Translations under genes and position numbers: made by a program
Source of the DNA: an uncultured Gemmatimonadaceae bacterium
Lineage (GTDB): Bacteria > Gemmatimonadota > Gemmatimonadetes > Gemmatimonadales > Gemmatimonadaceae
DNA length: 64,000 nt
Assembly: GCA_963761305.1 (NCBI GenBank)
Contig: CAVXGK010000002.1
Location: 1,088,001 to 1,152,000, forward strand
Direction: 5' to 3'
The notes under the pieces: generated by a model
Told to the model about the DNA's origin: nothing
Seen by the model: only the letters and a program-made list of their open reading frames with translations
The model's database searches: none
Shown: one piece after another, positions 52,294 to 63,036 of the stretch
How the letters are laid out: the number at the start of each line of letters is the position of its first letter
How positions within the stretch are numbered: the first letter of the stretch is position 1

Positions 52294-54914
52294 CGGCCGA
52301 ACGCCGCTTGGAATGTCGGGTCGCGGCGAACCAAGTCCCACGTCGGATCCGCTCTTATCAGCGCCGGCGTCACCAGGAACCCCGAGCCCTGACTTCCGAG
52401 GGCGTTGCGGAGTGCACGCGCCGTTTCAGGTTCGCTGCCGATCGATGCGAACGCCTGGGCAAGCGTCAGCCAGGGCGTGACGCCGAGCTCGAATGGGATT
52501 CGACCCGTCCGCGCCAGGGAGTCCACGGTGCGTGCGAACTTCGTCGTCTCTGCCGGGCGGCCCGCGCGCGCGTTCGCCAGCGCCAACTCAGCGTAGGACT
52601 GGATCGGCGTGAGCGCACCGGGGAGTTGTTGGACGAGCAGCGCGATCGCTTTCTCGTAGAGCGGCGCCGCGGCGCCGTGCGCGCCGGCCAACCAGAGGAC
52701 GTTGCCGCGGGTCTCGGCGATCTGGAGCGTGGACATGCCGGGCAGCGACTCGAGTCGAGCCGACAACGTTCGGGCCGAAGCAAAGTCGCGTTTCACCAGC
52801 AACGCCGCGACGCGCGCCGCAATCAGAAGGGACGTTCCTTGTATGTCAGCCGGCCCGCGGTCGAGCGCCGCCAGGGCGGCCGTGGCGTCGCCGCGATCCA
52901 GCAGCTCGATCGCCGACAAAAAGGAATATGCCTCGGCTGTCGCGGAGTTTATGGCGAGCGCGCGTTCGATCGCGGGCCGCGCCGCTGCGTAGTCGCCGCC
53001 GGCTGCGTACTCGACCGCAAGCTGCGAAGGCCAGTGCGGGTTGCGCGGGTCGAGAACCATCGCGCGCCGCAGGCCCGCCTGCGCCTGCGCGCTGTCGTTC
53101 TGCATCATTCGAATGAAGGCGATGGCCGCTGCGACGTCGGCGCTGTTGGGAAGATCCGCCGCCGCGACCTCGTACTCGGCCAGCGCTTTCTCGATGTCCT
53201 GATGGCCCCATCGGTACACGTATCCGAGCACGAGGTGCGCCTGCGGCAGCCCCGGTTGCAATGCCAGCGCCTTGCGTACGTTCGCTTCCGATTTCCGCAT
53301 CATCTCCCGCGAGCGATCGATGCCGGTCCAGAAGAGGAGCGCCTGATCGAACGCCAACTCCGAGTACGCCAGTGCGAACGTCGAGTCCTGATGAATCGCC
53401 TTCTCGTACTCGGCGATCGCGAGGGAGATTGCGCCAAAACCGCCGGCGCCAAGCGCCTCGCCCCCGTAGTGCTGTGCCTTCAGATAGGAGTCATACGCGA
53501 TCGGATCGCGCGTCGGCGCGGCGGCGAGGGTTGCCGACTCCGCGGGGTCGAGGCGGAGTTGGAGCGCGTCGGCCACTTGCTCGGCGACGTCGCTCTCGAC
53601 GGCGAAGACGTTCTTGATGTCTCGGTCGTAGCTGTGCGCCCAGATGTGGCTGTCCGATGCCGCGTCGATCAGCTGCACGTTGACTCGCACCTGGTCGCCG
53701 GCGCGCTGCACGCTGCCCTCGAGGATGGTGGCGACGCCCAAGTCGTTGGCGACCTGTTTCAGGTTCCCCGGCTTGGCCGCGTACTGCATGGTGGACGTGC
53801 GTGAAATCACAGTGAGCTTGCCCAGGCCCGCGAGCTTCGTGAGGATTTCGTCCTGCACACCGGCCGCGAAATACGTCATGCCCGTGTCGGTGGCCAGATT
53901 CTCGAATGGCAATACCGCGATGGACCGTCGCTTCGCCGCGGCAGCCGGCCCGCCGGCTGCCGTCGTCTTCGTCGCGCGCCTTTCGGCGATCACCCACGCA
54001 CTGATCGCTGCCACCAGCAACAACGCGGTACCGGCGCCGTACGTCGAGGCGCGGCGCGTGTTCCTCCGAGGTGACGCGGCTGCCGGCTGTGGCGCCGTCA
54101 ACGCCTGCGCAAACTCGGCTGCCGTGTCGAAACGATCGGCCGGGGCTTTCGCCAGCGCCTTCGTGATCGCCGCATCGACGGCGGCCGGAACCGAACCCCG
54201 CACGGCTCGCGGCGACGGCGGGCGCTCACTCACGACCTTCGCGATGACGATCTGTGGATTGGATCCGAGAAACGGCGGGTCACCGACCAGCATTTCATAT
54301 AGAAGGGCGCCGAGCGCGTGGATGTCGCTTCGTCCATCCAGTGTCCGCTCGCCGGCCGCCTGCTCGGGACTCATGTACTCCGGCGTCCCGAGAGACACGC
54401 CGGTGCCCGTGATCCGCTCCGTCCCCGGTGTACCGGCGCCCAGCGCAATCCCGAAATCGGCGACCGACGCTTGGTCGTCGTGCAGCAGAATGTTCTCCGG
54501 CTTGATGTCGCGGTGGATCACGCCTTGCCGGTGCGCGTAGTCCAGCGCCGCGGCGATCTGCGCCGCCAGCGACACAGCCTCATCGACCGGCAGTTGGCGT
54601 TGGCGCATCAGCCGATCGCGCAATGACTCGCCGCTCATGTACGGCATCACATAGTACAACCGGTCGCCGGCCTCACCGGAATCGAGCAGCGGGAGGATGT
54701 GCGGGTGGGTCAGGTTTGCCGTCAGCTCGATCTCCTTTAGAAAACGCTCATGGCCGAGCACCGCCGAGAGTTGCGCGCGGAGCACCTTGATCGCGACTTT
54801 GCGGTGGTGCTTCAGGTCTTCGGCGAGATAGACCGTCGCCGTGCCGCCCGCGCCCAGCTCCCGCTCGACGCGGTAGCGATCGGCCAGCGCGGCGCGGACG
54901 GCGTCGTCGCTCAT
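52290..54914 (-). CDS. Ser/Thr kinase with TolB-N-like domain and TPRs
   Basis: HRDIKPEN, DFG, GTPEYMSPEQ; SIAVLPFENL, VISRTS, LEGSVQR. Confidence 0.93.
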   Translation of the reverse strand: MSDDAVRAALADRYRVERELGAGGTATVYLAEDLKHHRKVAIKVLRAQLSAVLGHERFLKEIELTANLTHPHILPLLDSGEAGDRLYYVMPYMSGESLRDRLMRQRQLPVDEAVSLAAQIAAALDYAHRQGVIHRDIKPENILLHDDQASVADFGIALGAGTPGTERITGTGVSLGTPEYMSPEQAAGERTLDGRSDIHALGALLYEMLVGDPPFLGSNPQIVIAKVVSERPPSPRAVRGSVPAAVDAAITKALAKAPADRFDTAAEFAQALTAPQPAAASPRRNTRRASTYGAGTALLLVAAISAWVIAERRATKTTAAGGPAAAAKRRSIAVLPFENLATDTGMTYFAAGVQDEILTKLAGLGKLTVISRTSTMQYAAKPGNLKQVANDLGVATILEGSVQRAGDQVRVNVQLIDAASDSHIWAHSYDRDIKNVFAVESDVAEQVADALQLRLDPAESATLAAAPTRDPIAYDSYLKAQHYGGEALGAGGFGAISLAIAEYEKAIHQDSTFALAYSELAFDQALLFWTGIDRSREMMRKSEANVRKALALQPGLPQAHLVLGYVYRWGHQDIEKALAEYEVAAADLPNSADVAAAIAFIRMMQNDSAQAQAGLRRAMVLDPRNPHWPSQLAVEYAAGGDYAAARPAIERALAINSATAEAYSFLSAIELLDRGDATAALAALDRGPADIQGTSLLIAARVAALLVKRDFASARTLSARLESLPGMSTLQIAETRGNVLWLAGAHGAAAPLYEKAIALLVQQLPGALTPIQSYAELALANARAGRPAETTKFARTVDSLARTGRIPFELGVTPWLTLAQAFASIGSEPETARALRNALGSQGSGFLVTPALIRADPTWDLVRRDPTFQAAFGR

Positions 54915-57490
54915 CGCGCCACGCCGGCGGCGCGAACGAGCGAGTCCACTTCCCTCGCCCAGTTGACGACGAGGATTGGCGGACCATGCGGCGCCGTCGT
55001 CTGCCAGTAGATGCGTCCATCGCGCGGTCCGACGGCCCACCGCGTCGTGGCGCCGGGCGGCGGCGGCTCCGGCGCGACGGGCGATCCGATCGACAGCGAC
55101 GCTCCGCGTGTTATGGCAACGCTCATGACCGTGCTCGGCGTACCTCGTTCTTCCCCAACTTGACCCTGGTAGAACACTGCTCGGCCGTCCGGACCCCATT
55201 GCGGAAAGACGCCGGGCGCGACGTCCCAGAGCCCCGCTGCCGGCGGTACCGCGGCGATCATCACTCGCCTGTTTCGTTGGAAGGCGACGTAGCGACCGTC
55301 GGGCGAGAGACGCGGGCTGTTGCCAACGGCGACGGACGTGGCGTGGAGCGCTCCCTTGGCGAGCCACCAGATTTTGCCCGCTGCCCCGTAGGCAAGGCCA
55401 CTGGGGCTCACGTCGACACCGAGGGTAGTCGGATCATCAGGAAGGTGGAAAGGCGCGATCCCGGCGCTCCCGTCGACGTGAACCACATAGAGCGTCGGCA
55501 CGAATCGCGCGCTGTCGCGCGTTGCTGCTCGAAGAACGAGCACTTCGGCGTCGCTCATCCAGGCGAGGGGTGCGTACGTTCCCGCGGGAACGATGAGTTG
55601 CCGGTTCCTGCCGTCGCGTTCAACCACCGTGAGCCCGCCGCCATCGGTGACGACAATGCGATTTCCGTCCGGGCTGATGCTGAACGATCCCTCTGGCTTC
55701 CCGCTGGCCAGCACGAATCTCGATGCGCCCGGCGCCGCTGTTCCGATCGCCCACCCCCCGGTCGGCGCTGGATCATACAACAACGTTCCGTTTCGACTCA
55801 CGGTGAACAAGTCGGCGCCTCGCAGCACCGGCACCGGAGCGTCTGCGAACCGCAGATCTCCAGGGGAAAGGCGGGCAGCCAGTATCGTCGAGCCGGTGTC
55901 CTTGAAGACGACGTAGCCGTTCGGCAAATACTGCGGCTCGGATCCCTCGCCGAGAATCGCCGTTCGACGACTGACGAGGTCCAATATGCCGACTTCCGGA
56001 GTCGCGATGTGTCGCGCGATCTGGAACAGCACGGCGCGGTCATTCGGCAGCACCACGCCCAACGAGTGTCGCGTTTCCCCGCGACTCGTGTCCGGTATCG
56101 TCAACCGCTCGAGTCGTTGCCCGTTGCGGGCGAGGCGCGCCAACCCCTGCGTGCGAATCAGCGTTCCGTAGAGGCGACCCGCCTCGTCTACGTCGACCCC
56201 GAGTTGCAGGGAATCGGTCCACACGCGCGCCGGCGCGCCAGTCAGCGATGCGACGTTGACCCGAATCGTGCTCGCGAACGAGTAGTACGCGATTCCCGAG
56301 CGATCCGGGAGCACCCTCGCGCCGACTGCCGCATTGGGGGTCGCAATAAATCTGGGCTGCGCTCCAGAGAACGACTGCACCCAGATCCCTCGGCCGCCCG
56401 GACCGTCGCCGATGAACGCGTAGCCCGACCCATCGGGGAACAGACCTTCCGTTTCATTCCGCAGCGAGGTCGCGCCGGGAATCGGCGGAACCGAAAAACG
56501 GAGCACGGGATCCGCGGCCGTCGCCGTGGTTGCAACCGACGGCGGCCACGCACGCCCGACGAACAACCCGAGTGCCGCGACCCCGACTACCCCTGCCGCG
56601 ATCATCAGGCGCGATCGTCGCGAGGTCGACCGCGCCGCCGCCGCCCGCGTCGCGACGTCGCTCGTGTACTGCGGATTCTCAAGGGCGGCGGCGAAATCTT
56701 CCGCGCTCGCGAACCGGTCGGCCGGAATCCGCTGCAGCGCGGTACGCACGGCCGCATCGACATTGCCGGGCACCGTGCGCCGGAGGGCGATGAGCGATTT
56801 CGCATCCTCCGTCATCACCTTGGCGATGATCGCCTGCGCCGTCGGACCTGTGTGCGGCGGCTCGCCGCTCAACATCTCGAACGTCACGACACCGAGCGAA
56901 TAGATGTCGGACCGCGGACCGATCTCGCGCTCCCCCGCCGCCTGCTCGGGCGACATGTACTGCGGCGTCCCGAGCGAGAGGCCCGTCTGCGTCATTCGCG
57001 CACCGCTCGCGTGTTGCACGGCAAGCGCGATGCCGAAGTCTGCCACGAGACAGTGCCCGCCCTGCAGCAGGATGTTCTCCGGCTTGACGTCCCGGTGTAC
57101 GACTCCGCGCTCGTGCGCGTACGCCAGCGCGTCGGCAACCTCGGTGGCAATGCGCAGCGCGTCGGCGACCGGCAGTTGCTTCTCGCGCGTCAACCGATCC
57201 CGCAAGCTCTCGCCGTCGACCGCCGGCATGACGTAGTACAGCAACCCCTCGGCCGAGCCAGAATCGAACAAGGGCAGGATGTGCGGATGCTGCAAGTTGG
57301 CCGTGAGTTCGATCTCTTTGAGAAAACGCTCACTCCCCAATACGGCCGAGAGCTCGGCGTGCAGCACTTTGATCGCGACCTTGCGATGGTGCTTGTGATC
57401 CTCGGCGAGATACACGGTCGCCATTCCGCCGGCGCCCAACTCGCGCTGGATGCGGTAGCGATCTGAAAGCGCCGCGTCGAGCGCCGTCAT
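54911..57490 (-). CDS. Ser/Thr kinase with beta-propeller sensor
   Basis: Full kinase motifs, TM helix, SPDG repeats. Confidence 0.93.
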   Translation of the reverse strand: MTALDAALSDRYRIQRELGAGGMATVYLAEDHKHHRKVAIKVLHAELSAVLGSERFLKEIELTANLQHPHILPLFDSGSAEGLLYYVMPAVDGESLRDRLTREKQLPVADALRIATEVADALAYAHERGVVHRDVKPENILLQGGHCLVADFGIALAVQHASGARMTQTGLSLGTPQYMSPEQAAGEREIGPRSDIYSLGVVTFEMLSGEPPHTGPTAQAIIAKVMTEDAKSLIALRRTVPGNVDAAVRTALQRIPADRFASAEDFAAALENPQYTSDVATRAAAARSTSRRSRLMIAAGVVGVAALGLFVGRAWPPSVATTATAADPVLRFSVPPIPGATSLRNETEGLFPDGSGYAFIGDGPGGRGIWVQSFSGAQPRFIATPNAAVGARVLPDRSGIAYYSFASTIRVNVASLTGAPARVWTDSLQLGVDVDEAGRLYGTLIRTQGLARLARNGQRLERLTIPDTSRGETRHSLGVVLPNDRAVLFQIARHIATPEVGILDLVSRRTAILGEGSEPQYLPNGYVVFKDTGSTILAARLSPGDLRFADAPVPVLRGADLFTVSRNGTLLYDPAPTGGWAIGTAAPGASRFVLASGKPEGSFSISPDGNRIVVTDGGGLTVVERDGRNRQLIVPAGTYAPLAWMSDAEVLVLRAATRDSARFVPTLYVVHVDGSAGIAPFHLPDDPTTLGVDVSPSGLAYGAAGKIWWLAKGALHATSVAVGNSPRLSPDGRYVAFQRNRRVMIAAVPPAAGLWDVAPGVFPQWGPDGRAVFYQGQVGEERGTPSTVMSVAITRGASLSIGSPVAPEPPPPGATTRWAVGPRDGRIYWQTTAPHGPPILVVNWAREVDSLVRAAGVAR

Positions 57491-60183
57491 CGCGACGTCA
57501 GTTGCGCGATTCCTAACGTGCTTTCGTGATGTACCATCCGCTCGTAGACGCGCCCATTCACCACGGCGAATCGCGCTCGGTTCGACGTCGGACGATTCGG
57601 GTCATCGAACCGCACCAGCAGTCGGGGCCGCCCGGCGACGACGGGAACCGACCAGATCGTCGCCACTTCGGCCGAGTCGATGGCGCGATAGTAGAGCGAT
57701 CTCGAGTCGTCGCTCCAGATGATGCGCACGGGTCGCGGAGTGCTCGGCGACGCGCCGCCGCGGACCAGAACGCGCGGAACGCCTCCCGCCGCGGGAATCA
57801 CCGCGACGCCAAGCGAGTCGGCGCCGGCCCCGATCAGCGTTTGGTACGCGATCAGGGTTCCATCCGGCGACCAGACGGGGAACGCCCCGCCCTTCGTGCT
57901 CCCGAGCGGAATCGGGTGGCCCCATTGGGCGTCGCCTCGGCGTACGATGGCGAGCTCGCGCGCCGGATCCGGGCGATTGCCGGAGAGGACGAGCGCTTGG
58001 CCGTCCGGCGCCCAGTCCGACCGAATGTACCATGCGTCGGTCATGATCGGTCGGGACGGCCCGCCCGTGGCGGCGATCGTATAGAGGATTGGATCTACAA
58101 CATTATGATATGCAATCTCACGACCGTCCTTCGACCACGCCGGCGCGAAGTCGTCGATGGTGTCGGTGGTGACCCGGGCTGCCGGACCATCCTGGATCGG
58201 CACCAGATAGACGTTCGAGTGGCCGCTTCGGTTGGATGTGATCAACAGATTGCGATGATCCAACGTCGACATCACCTCTTCGATCACGTCCGTGCCGTGG
58301 GTGACTTGCGTGGCTTGGCTCGCCAACGCGACGCCAGTCGACGCGAGCGGGACGCTCCACACGTTCGCGGACATGGAATACGACGAGTACGCCAGCGTCC
58401 GACCATCCGCGCTCAGCGAGATGCTGTGCGCACGGAGTCCAGTCGTCAACCGCGTGGCCGCGGCGGCCGGTCGGCCATCCGCGCCGATCGCCACGGAGTA
58501 GACGTCACGGCCGCCCTCGCGGTCGGAAATGAAGAGGACCGTCCGACTGTCGGGGAGCCACACTGGACTGAGCTCAAACAGCCCGCGTCGTGGGGTGAGC
58601 TTCGACGCGTGACGGCCGTCCGCGGAGAAGACCCCGATGCTCGCGCTGTTCGTGTTGCCGAGGTTGTTGCGGCTGAACGCAAACTCTTCGTTGCCGATCG
58701 TGGCGGCGATCCAGCGTCCGTCCGGAGACCAGCGGAGATCGTAGGCCTGGGGGACTCCGACCTTCGCCACACTGTCCGTCGGCGCGATCACGGTGCTCGT
58801 GCCCGTAGCCAGATCGAGGATGTTGATTGCGGCGCCGGAGCTGTACGCGAGCCGTCGTCCGTCCGGCGACCACGCGGGCGACGGAGCGACGATGCCACGC
58901 GACGAGATCGCCACGACACGCTGCGCGGTTCCGCCAAGCGCCGGCACGACGTAGATGCCGTCCTCGCCGGCGAACGCAATGCGCTGGCCGTCGGGCGACC
59001 ACTGCGGCCAGCGTTGATTCCCGGGAACGTCCGGCGCGAGCGCGAGCGTGCGGTCGGCGTCCGTTTGACGGACGACAATTCGCATCATGCTCGGCGGACC
59101 AGCGGCGTAGCTGATGAAGCGTCCATCCGGCGAGAGCGCGGGATCGAGATACAGGCCCGCATCGGTCGTCAGCGTGTGTGTGGCACCAATGCCAAGTTGG
59201 GCGGAATGGCGCCGTGCGACGAACGCGACGACGCCGGCCGCGACGATCGCCACGGTTGCCGCGGCGTACCACGTCGTCCGTTTCGACGGCCGCGGGGCGC
59301 CGAATGGCCGCATCTCGGCCGGCGTCGTCCCAGGGCTCGGCGTCCTGAGTGGTTCGAGCACCGCGTGCAACTCGCCGGCGCTCTGAAACCGATCCGCCGG
59401 ACGCTTCGCCAGACATCGCATGATGATCTGGTCGAGCGCCAAAGGAATCGCCGGACGGCGACGAGCCATCGAGTCGGGTGCTTCGGTTACATGGGCGGCG
59501 AGCACCTGCTGCGGCGTTGCACCTGTGAATGGCGGTCTGCCGGTCAGCAATTCGTATGCGACGACGCCGACCGAGTAGATGTCGCTGCGGTGATCGACGT
59601 GCGGGTCAGCCGCGGCTTGTTCCGGCGACATGTAGGTCGGCGTGCCGACGGCGACACCGAGAGTTGTGACGGTGTTGCGCCCGGTCGCTTCGCTGATTGC
59701 CTTGGCCACGCCAAAGTCGGTCACCAAGGCGTGGCGGCCGGAGAGCATCACGTTGTCGGGCTTGATATCGCGGTGGACGACGCCGTGTTCGTGCGCGTGC
59801 GCGAGTGCGTCGACCACTTCGGTGATGAGCTGTACCGCCTCGTGTACCGGCAATTCGCCTTCGCGTGCCAGTCGCTCGCGCAACGATTGCCCGGCCACGT
59901 AGGGCATCACGAAATACAAAAGACCGGCGGCGCTGCCGGAGTCCAGCAGCGGCAAAATGTTCGGGTGCTGCAGTTGAGCGGCGATCTTGATCTCGCGCAG
60001 GAAGCGACCCGCGCCGAGGGAGGCGGACAGATCCTCGCGCAACACCTTGATGGCGACCTGGCGTTCGTGCTTGAGATCCTCCGCGAGATAGACCGTCGCC
60101 ATGCCGCCCGCGCCGAGCTCGCGCTCGATGCGGTAGCGGTCGCCGAGCGACCGAGCCAAACCTTCGTGCACGTCAGACGTCAC
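57487..60183 (-). CDS. Ser/Thr kinase with PD40 propellers
   Basis: Full kinase motifs, TM helix, many WSPDG repeats. Confidence 0.93.
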   Translation of the reverse strand: MTSDVHEGLARSLGDRYRIERELGAGGMATVYLAEDLKHERQVAIKVLREDLSASLGAGRFLREIKIAAQLQHPNILPLLDSGSAAGLLYFVMPYVAGQSLRERLAREGELPVHEAVQLITEVVDALAHAHEHGVVHRDIKPDNVMLSGRHALVTDFGVAKAISEATGRNTVTTLGVAVGTPTYMSPEQAAADPHVDHRSDIYSVGVVAYELLTGRPPFTGATPQQVLAAHVTEAPDSMARRRPAIPLALDQIIMRCLAKRPADRFQSAGELHAVLEPLRTPSPGTTPAEMRPFGAPRPSKRTTWYAAATVAIVAAGVVAFVARRHSAQLGIGATHTLTTDAGLYLDPALSPDGRFISYAAGPPSMMRIVVRQTDADRTLALAPDVPGNQRWPQWSPDGQRIAFAGEDGIYVVPALGGTAQRVVAISSRGIVAPSPAWSPDGRRLAYSSGAAINILDLATGTSTVIAPTDSVAKVGVPQAYDLRWSPDGRWIAATIGNEEFAFSRNNLGNTNSASIGVFSADGRHASKLTPRRGLFELSPVWLPDSRTVLFISDREGGRDVYSVAIGADGRPAAAATRLTTGLRAHSISLSADGRTLAYSSYSMSANVWSVPLASTGVALASQATQVTHGTDVIEEVMSTLDHRNLLITSNRSGHSNVYLVPIQDGPAARVTTDTIDDFAPAWSKDGREIAYHNVVDPILYTIAATGGPSRPIMTDAWYIRSDWAPDGQALVLSGNRPDPARELAIVRRGDAQWGHPIPLGSTKGGAFPVWSPDGTLIAYQTLIGAGADSLGVAVIPAAGGVPRVLVRGGASPSTPRPVRIIWSDDSRSLYYRAIDSAEVATIWSVPVVAGRPRLLVRFDDPNRPTSNRARFAVVNGRVYERMVHHESTLGIAQLTSR

Positions 60184-62798
60184 CGTCGCACGATTCGCAG
60201 GAGCCAAGCGTCGCCGTGGAAATCGCTCGTCTTGACGGCGATGTGGCGCGCCCGCCGGTCAACCGAGCTCGCTTCCACGTCGCGCGGGATCGCGCCGAAT
60301 TTCGCCATTCGCCCGGGAGACGAGAGGCGATACAGCGTCAGGGCCCCCTCCGAGGACACGTCGGCCATCAGCGACCCGTCGTCTCCCCACTGAAGATCCA
60401 CCTCCGTCGCTCGAAACGCTTCCCACTGCGTGACGACACCGCTGTCGAGTGAGAGCACGAAGACGCCGAGTGAATCGACAGTGCTCGCGGCGGTGGTCAC
60501 GAGTGCCACACGATGCCCGTGAGGATCGAACGTGATTCCGACCAGCGCGCCCGCCCCCGCCGGCTTGGCGTACTTGCGCGTCTGCCCGGCGACGCGCGTG
60601 ACGACCTCCGCCCCGCCACGCGGCAACCACGCCCAGCCGCCCGGGATGTGATCGACGCTGTAGGGCAGCGAGTCTGGAATATAAGTTTCCTCACGCTCGA
60701 CCCCTGTTTGGGCGTCGTGTAATACGAGGCGCTGGCCCCTCTCGGTCACCGCGCTCAACGCCAGCGTTACGGAGTCGATCCACCAGGCGGCGGCGATCTT
60801 GCCGAGTGTGTTGACAGCCATTTCGCCTCCACCACGGAAGGGCGTGACGGTCACGCGGTGTTCCGTGCCGCCGGACGGCAAGGGAAAGGTGCGATCGAAC
60901 AGGAGGCGCCCTCCATCCGGCGACGTCTGGACGGCGATCGGCATGGACGCCCGCGCAACGCGGTTCGAATCGGCGAATCGGCCGGCCAGCGCGTCGGCAA
61001 GGTCCAGCGCCCATACAGAGTATTCCGTGGTGCCCGCGCTCGCGACGAGGCCCGTTCCGTCCGCGGTGATCGAGGGGATACGCCCGCCGGCAGAGACATG
61101 GATCGTGTCGAGGTGCGTCCCGACGCGGCCGGTCTTTGGATCGACTGGGACGCGGATCAGAAAGAGAGGTGAAACCGAACTCACGAGCCAGATGGCTTCG
61201 CTCGATGCGGTGAGTACGCCGCAGTTGCAGAGCGACGGCGCCGCCCGGTCAATGACGCGGCCTCGTCGGTCAACGATCGCCCAATGGATTTCGCGAGGAG
61301 TGAACCTGATCGTGCTGGCGACAATCCAGGGCGTGTTGGGAACTGCGACGGCGTCAGCAATTCCGCCGGTAGTACCCAGGACCCGAATGCTGTCGTGTAC
61401 GACGCCGTCGAGCGACGCGATGCGGATCCAGAATATCGAATCGGTATGAAAACCGGACCCCAGGAGGAGCGAGTCGCCTTCCGAGTAGAAGTCGACCGCC
61501 AAACTCCTGAACAGCTGGCTGACGAGTCGGGGCGCCCCCCCGAGCATGGGGATCAGGTAAGTTCCCGTCACACCGCCCAATGTTGCGTTTCTGACGAGCA
61601 GACTTCGGCGATCAGGGCTCCACTCGAGGATCCCGTCTGTTTCCACGTTGTCGAGCATCACGTGCTTCGCGGAGCGGCCAACGTCCTGGATCACCACCGA
61701 GTAGGAACAGCCGCGTGACTCGCACCGCTTCGTGAAATACGCAAGCTGCTTTCCATCGCCCGAGATGGCCGGGGCGATGACATCTCCCGTCGTGGTGAGT
61801 TGAATCCGGTCGCCTGCGGCGAAGGTTGGCCCGCGCCGTCGCACGGCGAACATCGTTGCGACTGCCGCAGCCATCAGCACGGCCGCGACAACCGCCACGG
61901 TGAGGATCGCCCGCACGCGCCGAGGTCGGGCTGGTACCGCCACCGTCCCCGCGAAACCGGCCTGAATCGCGCCGACGAATTCTCCAGCCGACGAAAACCG
62001 ATCGGCCGGCGTCTTGGCCAACGCCTTCGTCACCGCATCGCTCACATTCGCCGGCACCGTGTCGCGCAACACGTTCAGCGCCGTCGGCCGCTCCGTCAGC
62101 AACTTCGCGATCATCGCCTGCGCAGTCGCCCCGCTCACCGGCGGCTCCCCCGCCACCATCTCATAGAACACCGCCGCCAACGAGTACACGTCGCTCCGCG
62201 CGTCCAGCTGCCGGTTCCCCGTCGCCTGCTCGGGACTCATGTACTGCGGCGTTCCCAGCGACAGCCCCGATTGTGTGAGGCGATTCCCGCCCGCCTCTCG
62301 CACGGCGAGCGCAATTCCAAAGTCCGCCAACAGCGCGTGCCCGTCCCGCAGCAAGATGTTCTCCGGCTTGATGTCGCGGTGGATCACGCCCTGTTTGTGC
62401 GCGTAGTCCAGCGCATCGGCCACCTCGCTCGTGATCCGCACCGCGTCGGGCATCGCCAGCTGCGTCTCGCGCGTGAGCCGCGCCCGCAGCGTTTCGCCGT
62501 CGACGTACGGCATCACGTAGTACAGCAACCCCTCCGCACTACCGGAGTCGAAGAGCGGCAGGATGTGCGGATGCTGAAGTCCCGCCGTGAGCTCGATCTC
62601 TTTCAGAAAACGCTCACCGCCGAGCACCGCCGACAGCTCCGCGTGCAGCACCTTGACGGCGACCTCGCGGTGGTGCTTGATATCCTCGGCGAGATACACG
62701 GTGGCCATCCCGCCCGCGCCGAGCTCGCGCTCGACGCGGTAGCGATCGGCGAGCAGGTGCGAAAAGGCACCGGCGCTGCCGGAACGTTCTTGGCTCAC
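60180..62798 (-). CDS. Ser/Thr kinase with divergent beta-propeller sensor
   Basis: Full kinase motifs, TM helix, PAISGDG/WSPD. Confidence 0.93.
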   Translation of the reverse strand: MSQERSGSAGAFSHLLADRYRVERELGAGGMATVYLAEDIKHHREVAVKVLHAELSAVLGGERFLKEIELTAGLQHPHILPLFDSGSAEGLLYYVMPYVDGETLRARLTRETQLAMPDAVRITSEVADALDYAHKQGVIHRDIKPENILLRDGHALLADFGIALAVREAGGNRLTQSGLSLGTPQYMSPEQATGNRQLDARSDVYSLAAVFYEMVAGEPPVSGATAQAMIAKLLTERPTALNVLRDTVPANVSDAVTKALAKTPADRFSSAGEFVGAIQAGFAGTVAVPARPRRVRAILTVAVVAAVLMAAAVATMFAVRRRGPTFAAGDRIQLTTTGDVIAPAISGDGKQLAYFTKRCESRGCSYSVVIQDVGRSAKHVMLDNVETDGILEWSPDRRSLLVRNATLGGVTGTYLIPMLGGAPRLVSQLFRSLAVDFYSEGDSLLLGSGFHTDSIFWIRIASLDGVVHDSIRVLGTTGGIADAVAVPNTPWIVASTIRFTPREIHWAIVDRRGRVIDRAAPSLCNCGVLTASSEAIWLVSSVSPLFLIRVPVDPKTGRVGTHLDTIHVSAGGRIPSITADGTGLVASAGTTEYSVWALDLADALAGRFADSNRVARASMPIAVQTSPDGGRLLFDRTFPLPSGGTEHRVTVTPFRGGGEMAVNTLGKIAAAWWIDSVTLALSAVTERGQRLVLHDAQTGVEREETYIPDSLPYSVDHIPGGWAWLPRGGAEVVTRVAGQTRKYAKPAGAGALVGITFDPHGHRVALVTTAASTVDSLGVFVLSLDSGVVTQWEAFRATEVDLQWGDDGSLMADVSSEGALTLYRLSSPGRMAKFGAIPRDVEASSVDRRARHIAVKTSDFHGDAWLLRIVRR

Positions 62799-63036
62799 GA
62801 TCAGGGTTGCGGAGAAGGCCGACGACGGAAGGCGAAGGGAGCTACGCGAATATGGACCCCCGGGGAGCGTCTGTCACGCAAAGACCATCAGCCGGCGTCG
62901 CGCCGCGACACGGTCTGGTAACCTCTCGAATTCAGCAATCCTCGACGCCGTCCGTCCGGCTCAACTCCGCGAGCGCTGATGTTGCTGAACGAATGGAAAC
63001 CACTCCACATGGTGGGCGACGCTCTTCGGAGGCGTG

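Noticed and set aside
54986..60393. Very long + strand ORFs (826 and 955 aa)
   Set aside because: Antisense shadows of the kinase genes in high-GC DNA; Arg-rich with no motifs. Many other listed ORFs were dismissed for the same reason
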